This document shows, in pieces, positions 10,180 through 19,979 of a stretch of 64,000 nt of DNA. Origin of the DNA: an uncultured cyanobacterium (GTDB lineage Bacteria > Cyanobacteriota > Cyanobacteriia > Cyanobacteriales > CAWCAG01). A model generated the notes under the pieces. The model made no database searches. It saw nothing but the letters and a program-made list of their open reading frames with translations, and had not been told where the DNA came from. Within the stretch, counting starts at the first letter, position 1. Each line of letters opens with the position of its first letter. A program made the translations under genes and the position numbers. The DNA is taken from the NCBI GenBank assembly GCA_963793425.1, contig CAWCAG010000009.1, positions 416,001-480,000 on the forward strand, written 5' to 3'.

Positions 10180-10374
10180 ATGTCCCAAGCAGCAATTTTA
10201 AATATCGAGGATGAATATAGCAGCATTAGATTACATAGCCAAGAAATACTCTTTCCTGAAAAATCCCAGGATAATTATCTCTATGAATTTACTGAAAGTG
10301 TAGTTAAACTCTTGGAGACTATAAAGGAACTTAAAAAGCTAATTCGCAAAAACCTTGAAATCAAAAGGATTTAA
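10180..10374 (+). CDS. Small hypothetical protein (64 aa)
   Basis: ATG-started ORF on the same strand, between the two cyclase genes, with an amphipathic C-terminus. Confidence 0.3.
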   Translation: MSQAAILNIEDEYSSIRLHSQEILFPEKSQDNYLYEFTESVVKLLETIKELKKLIRKNLEIKRI

Positions 10375-10405
10375 TTAAAACTATTAAGTCTGCTGTAGCT
10401 GCCCT

Positions 10406-11464
10406 ATGAACAAACCTGTAATTATTTGTGTTGATGACGAACAAACTATCCTTGACAGCTTAGAAATAGAGCTGAAGAGGGTTTTAGGGAATGATTACCT
10501 AATTGAAACAGCAGGGGGGGGAGAAGAAGCTTTAGAGCTATTTTCTGGCTTACTTGAAGAAGATTACGAAGTTGCTATAGTCATGTCCGATTATATTATG
10601 CCGGACATTAAAGGGGACGAACTCTTAAAACGCATTCATACTATGTCCCCCCAAACCCTAAAAATCATGCTCACAGGGCAAGCGGATGTGGAAGCAGTGG
10701 GTAATGCCCTCAGAAACGCTAAATTATATCGTTATATCTCCAAACCTTGGCAATCAGAAGACTTAAAAATAACTACAATCGAAGCAATACATAGCTATCT
10801 CCAAGATAAAAAGTTAGCTGAACAAAACGAAAAGTTGAAATACCTTAATAAACAACTAGAAAGTTTAATTTGCGACCAAGCAGAATTGATTTCTCAACGC
10901 ACCTCTGAACTCGAACAAGCCAATCAGAAGTTACATTGCCTTGCTACTTTGGATAGTTTAACCCAAATTGCTAATCGTCGTCAGTTCGACCAATATTTAG
11001 CTGGAGAATGGCAAAAATCAGCCCGAATGAAACAACCTTTATCCTTAATTTTAGGGGATGTGGATTTTTTTAAAAGATACAATGATGAGTATGGGCATCA
11101 AGCAGGAGATGAATGTCTCCAGGCTATAGCCCAAGCCTTGAAGAAAGTTGTTGAAAGTAATTCCCCTCCCCAATCTTTAGTAGCCCGGTATGGGGGTGAA
11201 GAATTTGTGATTGTTTTGCCAGAAACAGAATACGAAGGGGCAGCAGAAATAGCAGTGGAGATTCAGTTTGCCCTCGAAGAACTCAAAATTCTGCACTGTA
11301 AATCAGATGTTAGTGATTATGTCACTATTAGTATGGGTATTTCTTTGGTTTTCCCCCAGCAACAGATATCTCCTTCGAGGCTAATTAATCTTGCTGATCA
11401 TGCCCTTTACGAAGCGAAAAAACAAGGGCGCGATCGCTACTATGTTTATGCTGTACCGAGGTGA
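10406..11464 (+). CDS. Response-regulator diguanylate cyclase (REC-coiled coil-GGDEF), copy 2
   Basis: Same architecture as copy 1 with long identical stretches (DYIMPDIKGDELLKRIHT, YGHQAGDECLQAI, RYGGEEF). Confidence 0.95.
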   Translation: MNKPVIICVDDEQTILDSLEIELKRVLGNDYLIETAGGGEEALELFSGLLEEDYEVAIVMSDYIMPDIKGDELLKRIHTMSPQTLKIMLTGQADVEAVGNALRNAKLYRYISKPWQSEDLKITTIEAIHSYLQDKKLAEQNEKLKYLNKQLESLICDQAELISQRTSELEQANQKLHCLATLDSLTQIANRRQFDQYLAGEWQKSARMKQPLSLILGDVDFFKRYNDEYGHQAGDECLQAIAQALKKVVESNSPPQSLVARYGGEEFVIVLPETEYEGAAEIAVEIQFALEELKILHCKSDVSDYVTISMGISLVFPQQQISPSRLINLADHALYEAKKQGRDRYYVYAVPR

Positions 11465-11469
11465 TGGGG

Positions 11470-11578
11470 AAGTAATAAGTAATAAGTAATAAGTAATAAG
11501 TAATAAGTAATAAGTAATAAGTAATAAGTAATAAGTAATAAGTAATAAGTAATAAGTAATAAGTAATAAGTAATAAGT
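11470..11578. repeat. STRR-type heptamer array (AAGTAAT)x15
   Basis: 15 perfect copies at 11470-11574 plus a partial AAGT, between convergent genes. Confidence 0.97.
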
Positions 11579-11621
11579 GAAGAATTTGCTGTTGCCTGTT
11601 GCTTAATTGAAAAGTAGGGTG

Positions 11622-11650
11622 GGGAGCTAGGGAGCTAGGGAGCTAGGGAG
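11622..11650. repeat. Octamer tandem repeat (GGGAGCTA)x3.6
   Basis: Immediately follows the queF stop codon. Confidence 0.9.
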
Positions 11651-11651
11651 A

Positions 11652-12053
11652 TTAAGCTTTTTGGTGTTTGACGGTAACAACTGTATGTACGTTGCCTCTG
11701 GGGGTAAAATCTCCTTTAACCACTGCTTCTAGGGGGTCACAGGTGGCTACGAAGTCATCTAGAATTTGGTTAACAGCCTCTTCATGGGGAATGTAGCGAT
11801 CGCGGTAACTATTGATGTAGAGTTTCAAGGATTTTAACTCTACTACCTTCTCATCGGGAACATATTTGAGATGAATAGCAGCGAAGTCAGGATAGCCAGA
11901 AAAAGGACATTTACAAGTAAACTCAGGTAAAGTAATCTCAATATCATAGCGCCGCCCTAAGCGAGGATTCGGAAAAGTAATTAACTTTCCTTCGGCAATT
12001 TCCCTCTCACCATATTTAAGCTCTTTTTCTTTTTCTTGTTGTTCCTGACTCAT
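11652..12053 (-). CDS. queF: NADPH-dependent 7-cyano-7-deazaguanine reductase
   Basis: PEFTCKCPFSGYPDF, VELKSLKLY, HEEAVNQI and PRGN motifs. Likely start ATG 12053. Confidence 0.95.
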   Translation of the reverse strand: MSQEQQEKEKELKYGEREIAEGKLITFPNPRLGRRYDIEITLPEFTCKCPFSGYPDFAAIHLKYVPDEKVVELKSLKLYINSYRDRYIPHEEAVNQILDDFVATCDPLEAVVKGDFTPRGNVHTVVTVKHQKA

Positions 12054-12157
12054 AACATTTATCATTAAACATTAAACATTAAACATTTTTAATTTAACCT
12101 AATGTAGTTATCCCAGGCTTAACTCATCATCGATAATCGATAACTGATAACTGATTC

Positions 12158-13075
12158 ATGGCACACAACCATCACCACGGACATCATCATGAACAACCAG
12201 CTAACTACAACCGTGTCTTTGTTATTGGTACTGTTCTAAATATTGCTTTTGTAGTTATTGAGGCTTTATTTGGTATTCTTACACAATCCTTAGCTTTGCT
12301 TGCCGATGCCGGTCATAATCTCAGTGATGTTTTCGGCTTATTGCTTGCTTGGGGGGCAAGCTGGTTGGCTCAACAACCTCCCACTCAACGTTATACCTAC
12401 GGGTGGCGACGTTCTTCAATTTTAGCAGCTTTAGGCAACGCTATTATCCTTTTAGTAGCTATGGGAGGAATTACTTGGGAAGCCATCAGCCGTTTTTCAC
12501 AACCCAGCACTGTACCTGCTTTAACCATTATTATCGTTGCCCTGGTAGGCGTTGTGATTAATACTGCCACCGCCCTTTTATTCTTTTCTGGTCGCAAAGA
12601 AGATTTGAATATTCGCGGTGCATTTTTACATATGGGTGCTGATGCTTTGGTCTCTTTTGGAGTTGTCTTAGCGGGGTTAGGTATTATTTTTACAGGTTGG
12701 TTATGGTTTGATTCAGTAACTAGCTTAATTATTGTTGTTGCGGTGGTAGTGGGAACCTGGCAGTTATTAACAGACTCTATTAAATTAGCTCTGGATGCTG
12801 TACCCCAAGGAATTGAGCCACAAGCGGTAAAAACTTATCTGGTTGAACTTCCTGGGGTGACTCAAATTCATGACCTGCATATTTGGGCTATGAGTACCAC
12901 ACAAACAGCTTTAACAGCACATTTAGTTATGCCAAAGGGTTATCCGGGGGATAGTTTTTTAAGCCAAACCTCTGGGGAGTTAGAAAAACATTTCGGAATT
13001 GATCATACAACCCTGCAAATAGAAACAGGAGATCCTAACTATCCCTGTGATTTAGCCCCAGATCACAAAATTTGA
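12158..13075 (+). CDS. Cation diffusion facilitator (CzcD/ZitB-like metal efflux)
   Basis: His-rich N-terminus, ALLADAGHNLSD, AFLHMGADA, HDLHIW, HTTLQIE. Confidence 0.93.
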   Translation: MAHNHHHGHHHEQPANYNRVFVIGTVLNIAFVVIEALFGILTQSLALLADAGHNLSDVFGLLLAWGASWLAQQPPTQRYTYGWRRSSILAALGNAIILLVAMGGITWEAISRFSQPSTVPALTIIIVALVGVVINTATALLFFSGRKEDLNIRGAFLHMGADALVSFGVVLAGLGIIFTGWLWFDSVTSLIIVVAVVVGTWQLLTDSIKLALDAVPQGIEPQAVKTYLVELPGVTQIHDLHIWAMSTTQTALTAHLVMPKGYPGDSFLSQTSGELEKHFGIDHTTLQIETGDPNYPCDLAPDHKI

Positions 13076-13099
13076 ATATTTTAATTAAGGATATTTTAA

Positions 13100-14242
13100 A
13101 TGAAACTAAAACTAATTTTATTTCTAACAGCGGCTATTTATTTACCAGTGCAGTTGTTAACGAAAGCACCTACTTTTGCTGCACAAGCTGAAGTCGTAAA
13201 GCAAGATTCTACACCGTTACTCATTGCCCATTATAATCCTGCCATACTTGAGGCCTTGAACCAAGCGATTAAAGAAAATCCTGATAATGCTGATGCTTAT
13301 AAAAATCGTGGTTTACTTCACCTTCATGTAGAAGATTATGAGAAGGCGATCGCAGATTTTAGCCAATTTATTCGTATTAAGCCCCAAGAAGCTGAAGGCT
13401 ATAACCTACGGGGGACAGCTTATTTTTGGATTAATGAATTTGAAAGGGCTAATAATGATTTCAATCAAGCCCTTGAACTTGATGATCAATTAGCTTTTAC
13501 CTATTTTAATCGTGGCTATGTACAAAGAAAATTAGGTAATAGAGAAGCTGCGATCGCCGATTTTAAAATCGGTGCTTCTTTAGCGAAAGAACAAGGAGAA
13601 ACAGAAGCTTACCAACAAGCAATCCAAATAATTACCGAACTTGAACAAGCCCCGCAAATGACGGCTGAGGAATTTATAGAACGGGGTATTATTAAAAGTC
13701 AGGAGGGGGATTCTTTAGAAGCAGTTAATGATTTTGATTCAGCCTTAGCCCTAAATCCTGAACTTGTAGAAGCTTACTCTAATCGAGGCTTAGCTAAAGT
13801 ACAATTAGGGGATTATGAAGGGGCGATGGCAGATTTTAATCAAGCTTTAACCCTCGATCCTAATAATGCTAATGCCTATAATCGACGCGGAAATACTTTT
13901 GCTACCTTTGGGGATATTACCAAAGCAATGGCGGATTTTAATCAAGCTTTAGCCCTCGATCCTAACCACGCCGACGCTTACTATAATCGTGGTTTAATTC
14001 GTACTGAATTAGGAAAATATCAAGAGGCGATCGCAGATTATGACAAAGCTATTAAACTTGATTCTTCTTTAGCTGAAGCCTATGGCAACCGGGGACTAAT
14101 CTATTATGAAAAGGGAGAGAAAGCTAAGGCATTAGCTGACTTGAAACAAGCAGCCCAACTATTTGAAGAACAAGAAAATATAGTTGCTTACCGCAAGACT
14201 ATTTATAATATTCAAATGATAGAAGAAGATGGTTTTCAGTAG
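13100..14242 (+). CDS. Secreted tetratricopeptide-repeat protein
   Basis: Signal peptide followed by repeated AYxNRG...AIADF/Y units in two blocks. Confidence 0.9.
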   Translation: MKLKLILFLTAAIYLPVQLLTKAPTFAAQAEVVKQDSTPLLIAHYNPAILEALNQAIKENPDNADAYKNRGLLHLHVEDYEKAIADFSQFIRIKPQEAEGYNLRGTAYFWINEFERANNDFNQALELDDQLAFTYFNRGYVQRKLGNREAAIADFKIGASLAKEQGETEAYQQAIQIITELEQAPQMTAEEFIERGIIKSQEGDSLEAVNDFDSALALNPELVEAYSNRGLAKVQLGDYEGAMADFNQALTLDPNNANAYNRRGNTFATFGDITKAMADFNQALALDPNHADAYYNRGLIRTELGKYQEAIADYDKAIKLDSSLAEAYGNRGLIYYEKGEKAKALADLKQAAQLFEEQENIVAYRKTIYNIQMIEEDGFQ

Positions 14243-14332
14243 TAATTAGTTGAGTTTTGGCTAGTTGCTAATCGCTAATTGCTAATCGTGATCTAGAAAA
14301 CGTAATAGTAAGCTTATTTTACCTATTACCTA

Positions 14333-15100
14333 TTAATAAGGTAATTGTTCCCCATTCCAAGAGAAAAATTCACCACTATCTTTGAGGGTGAGATTCTCAA
14401 TGACATCAAGTAATTGAGTTATAGTTTGTTCCACTGGAAACAACTTTTCTATGGGGACATTTTTTTGAAAAGGTTCAGAAAGCTGGGTATCTGTTGTTCC
14501 AGGATGCAACACAGTGACTATGGTGTTAGGACTTTTACGACTATATTCAATGGCGGTAGTACGCATGAACATATTCAAAGCGGCTTTAGAAGCACGATAG
14601 CCATACCAACCGCCTAAGCGATTATCACTGATGCTGCCGATTTTAGCAGAAATGGTTGCTAACAAATTGCGATCGCCGTGACGTAGTAGAGGGAGAAAAT
14701 ATTTTGCCAATAGCACAGCACCAATACTGTTAACTTGGAAATAACGTAAAAGATACTCTGGGTTAAGCTGTTTTAAGCTTTTTTCTGGTTGTAACTGCCC
14801 TTCATGCAAAATTCCTACGCAGTTAACCACCAAATGTAATTTATCTATCTCACTACGGATCTTCTCAACTGCTATAACAATCTGAGACTCATCTGTAATA
14901 TCCATCTCTAAACAAACTAACTTACCAGGATACTTGCTTCGTAGAGTCAGTAACTCAGCAGCATTTTCTTGGCGACGGTAAGTTGCAAAAATTCTTCCTT
15001 GTTTCTCGCTTTGAAGTAGTTTTCTGACAAAACCTAGACCAATACCTCGACTAGCCCCCACAATAAGTGAAGATGTATATTTCATCTTAAACTTGTCCAA
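14333..15100 (-). CDS. SDR oxidoreductase (CsgA/C-factor-like)
   Basis: GASRGIG, GWYGYRASKAALN (YxxxK), LHPGTTDT. Confidence 0.92.
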   Translation of the reverse strand: MDKFKMKYTSSLIVGASRGIGLGFVRKLLQSEKQGRIFATYRRQENAAELLTLRSKYPGKLVCLEMDITDESQIVIAVEKIRSEIDKLHLVVNCVGILHEGQLQPEKSLKQLNPEYLLRYFQVNSIGAVLLAKYFLPLLRHGDRNLLATISAKIGSISDNRLGGWYGYRASKAALNMFMRTTAIEYSRKSPNTIVTVLHPGTTDTQLSEPFQKNVPIEKLFPVEQTITQLLDVIENLTLKDSGEFFSWNGEQLPY

Positions 15101-15121
15101 TTTTTTACCAACATAATTGCT

Positions 15122-15580
15122 ATGTCCAAAACTGTAGCCGATGTTATGACCCCAGATCCAATTACTGTCAAACCTGAGACTTCTTTAGGGGAGGCCATTA
15201 AGATTCTGGCAGAAAAACGTATTAGTGGTTTGTTGGTGGTGGATGAAGAGGACAAACTCTTAGGTATTCTTTCAGAAACTGACTTGATGTGGCAAGAATC
15301 AGGAGTAGATCCCCCACCCTATATCACCTTTCTTGATAGTATCATTTATCTCAAAAATCCTGCTCGTTATGATAAAGATATTCACAAAGCTTTAGGTCAA
15401 ACGGCGGGGGAGGTAATGAGTGAAAAACCCATTACTATTGAAGCAACTCAAGCTTTGCGGGAAGCGGCGAAGTTGATGCACGAGGAAAAAGTGAGGCGTT
15501 TACCAGTGGTTAATGATGCCAAGCAGTTAGTTGGCATCATCACCCAAGGAGATATTATTCGCTCTATGGCAGCTAGTTGA
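15122..15580 (+). CDS. CBS-domain pair protein
   Basis: VADVMTPDPITV, GILSETDL, RRLPVV, GIITQGDI. Confidence 0.92.
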   Translation: MSKTVADVMTPDPITVKPETSLGEAIKILAEKRISGLLVVDEEDKLLGILSETDLMWQESGVDPPPYITFLDSIIYLKNPARYDKDIHKALGQTAGEVMSEKPITIEATQALREAAKLMHEEKVRRLPVVNDAKQLVGIITQGDIIRSMAAS

Positions 15581-15595
15581 GGCTATGCCAAGAGT

Positions 15596-16102
15596 CTAAT
15601 CACCTTCAGGGCGAGGGCCTCTAGGGCGATTTTCACCGCGACGCTGTTCCTTTAATTGGGCTAGTTGAGAACGTTGTTCGGGGGTTAAAACTTCGTTAAC
15701 CTTGAGCATAACTTCAAAACGGCGATCGCTAAGCTGTTGATGCAAACTCTGCATCTGTTGATGCTGTTGTTGTAGCTGTTGGGAAGAAGCCCCGTTAGCC
15801 ATGAGGGTTTGCATTTGCTCTTTGGCTGCCTTCATTTGTTCTCGCAAACCTTGGGAACTTTCCTTTGACTCCTGGTGAATTGCTTTGATGCGTTCTGATT
15901 GTTCAGTAGTTAAATTAAGTTCTTGTAACCAAGGAGGACCATTTTCTGAGTTTCTACTCTTGTTTTCTCCTTGAGGGTTTTGGGCAATTAATTGTGAGGA
16001 TTCAGCCCCAGCATTATGTAATTCTGGGTGAATAGCAGCAAAGGCAGTCATGGGAACAATTAATCCACCAAGGGCAATAATCGAAAAAGCTCGCCAGTTC
16101 AT
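15596..16102 (-). CDS. Spy/CpxP family periplasmic chaperone
   Basis: Signal peptide and two LTxxQ motifs (LNLTTEQ, VLTPEQR). Confidence 0.9.
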   Translation of the reverse strand: MNWRAFSIIALGGLIVPMTAFAAIHPELHNAGAESSQLIAQNPQGENKSRNSENGPPWLQELNLTTEQSERIKAIHQESKESSQGLREQMKAAKEQMQTLMANGASSQQLQQQHQQMQSLHQQLSDRRFEVMLKVNEVLTPEQRSQLAQLKEQRRGENRPRGPRPEGD

Positions 16103-16323
16103 AGTTTAATCTCTCTTAGTCTTATTGAGTGTGTGAGGTACGATTAATTCAATATTAGAAAATAATCCCCACCACTGACCTGGATCAAATCTCCTAAACT
16201 GAGTGCAACTAAGGTACTATTTTGAATCTGGTACTTTTGGCCTATCTGTGAAGTTTGCCGAAAACAGACCAACAAACAATACAATAGCTGAGAATCCTTA
16301 TAACTGCCTTTGGCATCGTTGCT

Positions 16324-17622
16324 TTGAGTTTAGCGATCGCACTACTAACTTTTACCTTGATTCTGGTTTTATGGCAACCGAAGGGTTTGGGTATGGGCTG
16401 GAGTGCTTTACTGGGGGCATTTCTCGCCTTAGCTACAGGGGTTATTACCTGGGAAGATATTGTAGTTGCTTGGGAATTATTAGGTAATTCCTTCCTTACC
16501 CTCATTGCTGTCAGCATTATTTGTTTAATCTTGGATGAGGCGGGTTTTTTCAGCTTATTAGCCCGCCCTATGGCTTTGTTAGGGTTGGGCTTAGGTTGGT
16601 GGCTATTTTGTTTGCTGGCTTTAGTTGCGGCTTTGGTAACTGCCCTGTTTACCAATTATGGCAGCATCTTAATTTGGACACCAGTGGTTATGGAAACCAT
16701 GCAGGTATTAAGTTTTCGCCCTAAACCAACTTTAGCTTATGTTCTGGCTACAGGTTTTATTGCCGATGCTGCGAGTTTGCCTTTACCTTTCAGTAATTTA
16801 GTTAATCTCCTCGCTATCGACTCTTTTCAAGTACCCTTAATTCGCTATGCCATAGTTATGGTTCCCATCCATTTTGTGGCCTTAGCCATAAGTTTTGGGG
16901 TACTGTGGTTTTATTTTGATTTATTAATCCCCCCTACCTATCAACTTGCCCAAACTACTCCGGCTTCAGCAGTTATTCGTGATCCTTTAATTTGTCGTTG
17001 GGGTTTTATTATTCTCGGTTGGCTATTACTCGGTTACTTCCTTCCCCACTTAACTTGGTTAGTAGCTTGGTTAGCTGTATTATTCCTCTTCGCCTTAGCA
17101 GGGCGTTGGTTTTATCCTGGGGGCGGGGTTTTATCCTTAAGGAAGTTATTAAAACAAATTCCCTGGCAACCACTTTTTTTCACCACAGGAATGTATTTTC
17201 TGATTATTGGCTTAGGCAAAGCGGGGTTAATTCCTTTACTCAGCCAACTGTTTTCGCAATTCTCCCGTTGGGGCATAACTTTAGCGAGTATGGGGACAGG
17301 GTTTACCGCTGCCTTACTTTCAAGCTTAAGCAATAATCTACCCGTTGCCGTCGTTAACAACCTCGCCTTACAAGAAGCCACCGCAGATCAAAGCGCGATC
17401 ACCGAAGCAATGCTTTACGCCAACCTCATTGGTACTAGTTTGGGGGCAAAATTGATTCCTTGGGGCAGTCTTTCAACTTTGTTATGGTTAGATATTTTGC
17501 GTCGCAAAGGTTTAAATCTTTTTTGGGGACATTATTTTAGGATTCACATCGCTTTAACTATCCCAGTACTGTTTATTTGTTTTTTAATGCTTGCCCTTTG
17601 GCTTCCTTGGTTAGTTGTTTGA
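16324..17622 (+). CDS. ArsB/NhaD-type arsenite or anion permease
   Basis: Polytopic membrane protein with LDEAGFF, FIADAASLPLPFSNLVN, NNLP and GSLSTLLWL motifs. Confidence 0.85.
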   Translation: MSLAIALLTFTLILVLWQPKGLGMGWSALLGAFLALATGVITWEDIVVAWELLGNSFLTLIAVSIICLILDEAGFFSLLARPMALLGLGLGWWLFCLLALVAALVTALFTNYGSILIWTPVVMETMQVLSFRPKPTLAYVLATGFIADAASLPLPFSNLVNLLAIDSFQVPLIRYAIVMVPIHFVALAISFGVLWFYFDLLIPPTYQLAQTTPASAVIRDPLICRWGFIILGWLLLGYFLPHLTWLVAWLAVLFLFALAGRWFYPGGGVLSLRKLLKQIPWQPLFFTTGMYFLIIGLGKAGLIPLLSQLFSQFSRWGITLASMGTGFTAALLSSLSNNLPVAVVNNLALQEATADQSAITEAMLYANLIGTSLGAKLIPWGSLSTLLWLDILRRKGLNLFWGHYFRIHIALTIPVLFICFLMLALWLPWLVV

Positions 17623-17645
17623 AAACCTATCATTCTAATTACCCG

Positions 17646-19838
17646 TTACTTATCACCAATTCCCAATTCCCTAACTTCCGGATTGTAAATAAGTAAATAA
17701 TTCCAATAATTACCAAAAACAGACTCTACATAACCTTTTGTTTCTGGAAAGGGAATATTTTCTATAAATACATCAGGATCTTCCCAACCGTATTCTTTTA
17801 CCCATTTACTCACATTACCAGGCCCCGCATTATAACTGGCGATCGCTAATAAAGAATTATTTTCATACTCTTGGTGAGTATAATTAAAAAACCAAGTCCC
17901 CAGGGTAACATTATCATTAGGATCAGTAAGAGAATAATCTTCAAGATTAATTTTTTCGGCTGCCCATTCCCCTGTGGAAGGTAACACTTGCATCAAACCT
18001 ACGGCCCCCGCTGAAGAAACAATTTCTTTTTCAAATCTTGATTCTTGGCGAATTAAAGAAGTAACCAAAAGGGGATTAAGTTGCCTTTGTTTTGACCCTT
18101 GTAAAATTACATCTTGATAAGGAAAAGGGAAAAGTGCTTGCCAATAATCTGGGCGTTGTCGCAAGACTGCCCATTCTGCTTTTTCTTCAGGTTCGCTGCG
18201 AAGTTTAAGACTCCAAATTTTCCCGATCCCTTGGATATATTCTTGTTGATTTAACATCAACAAACCATCAGTAAACTCTTCATTAACTGTTAGTTCTTCT
18301 TTCCCTCCTACTTCACCTTCCCACAGCATTTGTGCCTGATCATCTTGCCCCAGTTGATAGAGTTCTTGAAATTGTTCTGATCCAGCGGGAGGGGCAAACC
18401 TAATTTGAGGTTCCACAACTTCCGGGTTTAACTGCCGGACATTAGCAAAATCTCCTACATCCATTCCTAAAATAGATGCAGAACGCCAAGCATAATAAGA
18501 ATGGGGATGAGTAGCTAAAATGTAGCGAAAGGTTTTTTCTGCTTCTTGGGTTTGCCCTAATTGTTGCTGCCACTTCCCTACCCAAAAGGCAGCTTTAGGA
18601 GTAACCTCACTTTGGGGATTATTCTCAATAATTTTTTCTGCCCAAGTCGAAGCTTTTTCTAACTCTCCTTCTTTTGCCAACTTTTTCGCCACTTGCCAGC
18701 GATAATCTGCGGTAGTGTCGGATTCGGGATATTTATCAAGCAAAAATTGACGGACTTGGGAAGCAGAAGTTTTGCTTCTCATTTTGTCCAATAAATTAGC
18801 TTTTTTCATTAAAACCTCCGGGGCAGTATCAGGAAAAGCGGCGATCGCCTGATCATAATATTTAATCGTATCCTTGCTGTCAGACAAACTAGCTAAATGT
18901 TTGAGTGCCAAACTAGCTTCTTCTGTATCAGGAAACTGTTTAAGAAATTCCTGGTAATTACCCTTCGCTGCTTCGGTTTTACCCGTCAAATGCAAACCCC
19001 TAGCAATGCGATAGAGGTTTGGGGAAGTAGGAGGGTTTTTTTGGTAGGCTGGTATCGCTTGAGCATAAAGATCATTTTGCCAATAAAAATCGGCGATCGC
19101 TTGCCAGTTTTCTGAAGATAGCTGAGTTGAAGAATCGGTGATTCCTTTCTCCAATTTTGCCAATAAATCAGGGCTATTCGGGGCATATTCAACTAACCAC
19201 AAAACCAACTCAAACTGGTCAGGATTTTTCTCTAAACGTTCCCTAATCATTTGAGCAGTAAGGGGATGGTAAGGAAATTTCGCAATTGCCTGGTCCCAAT
19301 ATTGGGCATCGGTTTTGCCCAAATCATAAAGTGCTTTAACAATAACTGGCTCTTGAGGATAATCTATTAATAATTGGTTCAAGACTTCCTTCTCTTGTTC
19401 CAAGTCCCCCGTCAATTCATAAGCACCAGCTTGTTGCAGGGCAATTTGCGGCGCAAGAAGAGGATAACTTTTTGCCAAACCATCTAACCATTTTAGGGCT
19501 TCTTCCCCTTGTTCAGTAGCAATTAAATCAGCAGCTAACAAATAACGGGCGCGATACTGATCTAAAGACTTTTTACCCTCAGCAATTGATTTTAACTCAG
19601 TCTCCCTCTGTTCCGGTGACAAAGTAGCCAAAGGCAGAACTTGAGAATTAGCATCTTCCTCTTGCTGGCGTTGAGAGGATAATACTTCAGAGTTTTCTCC
19701 CCTTAAAATACCCAACCAACCTCTCTGGGCAGCTAACCAAAAAGTTGCCCCCAAACCAGAAGCGAGTATCACCACCAAAGCGATCGCTAAAGGAAGGTTA
19801 TTATGTTTTTGCAGCTTCCCCATTTTTTCAATGATCAA
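17646..19838 (-). CDS. Soluble lytic murein transglycosylase (Slt-like) with TPR repeats
   Basis: IRQESRF, GAVGLMQV, ASYNAGPG, IPFPETKGYV motifs; N-terminal TM anchor. Confidence 0.93.
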   Translation of the reverse strand: MIIEKMGKLQKHNNLPLAIALVVILASGLGATFWLAAQRGWLGILRGENSEVLSSQRQQEEDANSQVLPLATLSPEQRETELKSIAEGKKSLDQYRARYLLAADLIATEQGEEALKWLDGLAKSYPLLAPQIALQQAGAYELTGDLEQEKEVLNQLLIDYPQEPVIVKALYDLGKTDAQYWDQAIAKFPYHPLTAQMIRERLEKNPDQFELVLWLVEYAPNSPDLLAKLEKGITDSSTQLSSENWQAIADFYWQNDLYAQAIPAYQKNPPTSPNLYRIARGLHLTGKTEAAKGNYQEFLKQFPDTEEASLALKHLASLSDSKDTIKYYDQAIAAFPDTAPEVLMKKANLLDKMRSKTSASQVRQFLLDKYPESDTTADYRWQVAKKLAKEGELEKASTWAEKIIENNPQSEVTPKAAFWVGKWQQQLGQTQEAEKTFRYILATHPHSYYAWRSASILGMDVGDFANVRQLNPEVVEPQIRFAPPAGSEQFQELYQLGQDDQAQMLWEGEVGGKEELTVNEEFTDGLLMLNQQEYIQGIGKIWSLKLRSEPEEKAEWAVLRQRPDYWQALFPFPYQDVILQGSKQRQLNPLLVTSLIRQESRFEKEIVSSAGAVGLMQVLPSTGEWAAEKINLEDYSLTDPNDNVTLGTWFFNYTHQEYENNSLLAIASYNAGPGNVSKWVKEYGWEDPDVFIENIPFPETKGYVESVFGNYWNYLLIYNPEVRELGIGDK

Positions 19839-19979
19839 TAATCAGTTATCAGTTATTCAGTAATGCCTACGGTAACAGTGAAAAATCTTTCTCCGGTGTC
19901 ACCCAGTGTTCCCATCTCCCCATCTCCTTACTTCTTCCACTAAAATACTAGTTATCCGTACAGAGATTTAGAACAAGGA

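Noticed and set aside
11470..11578. Long repeat array considered as a CRISPR array
   Set aside because: It is a pure 7-mer tandem with no spacers, and no cas genes occur in the window.
7164..17622. Arsenic island (TIGR04283 glycosyltransferase plus ArsB-like permease)
   Set aside because: The genes are ~8 kb apart with unrelated genes between, and there is no arsR, arsC or arsM.
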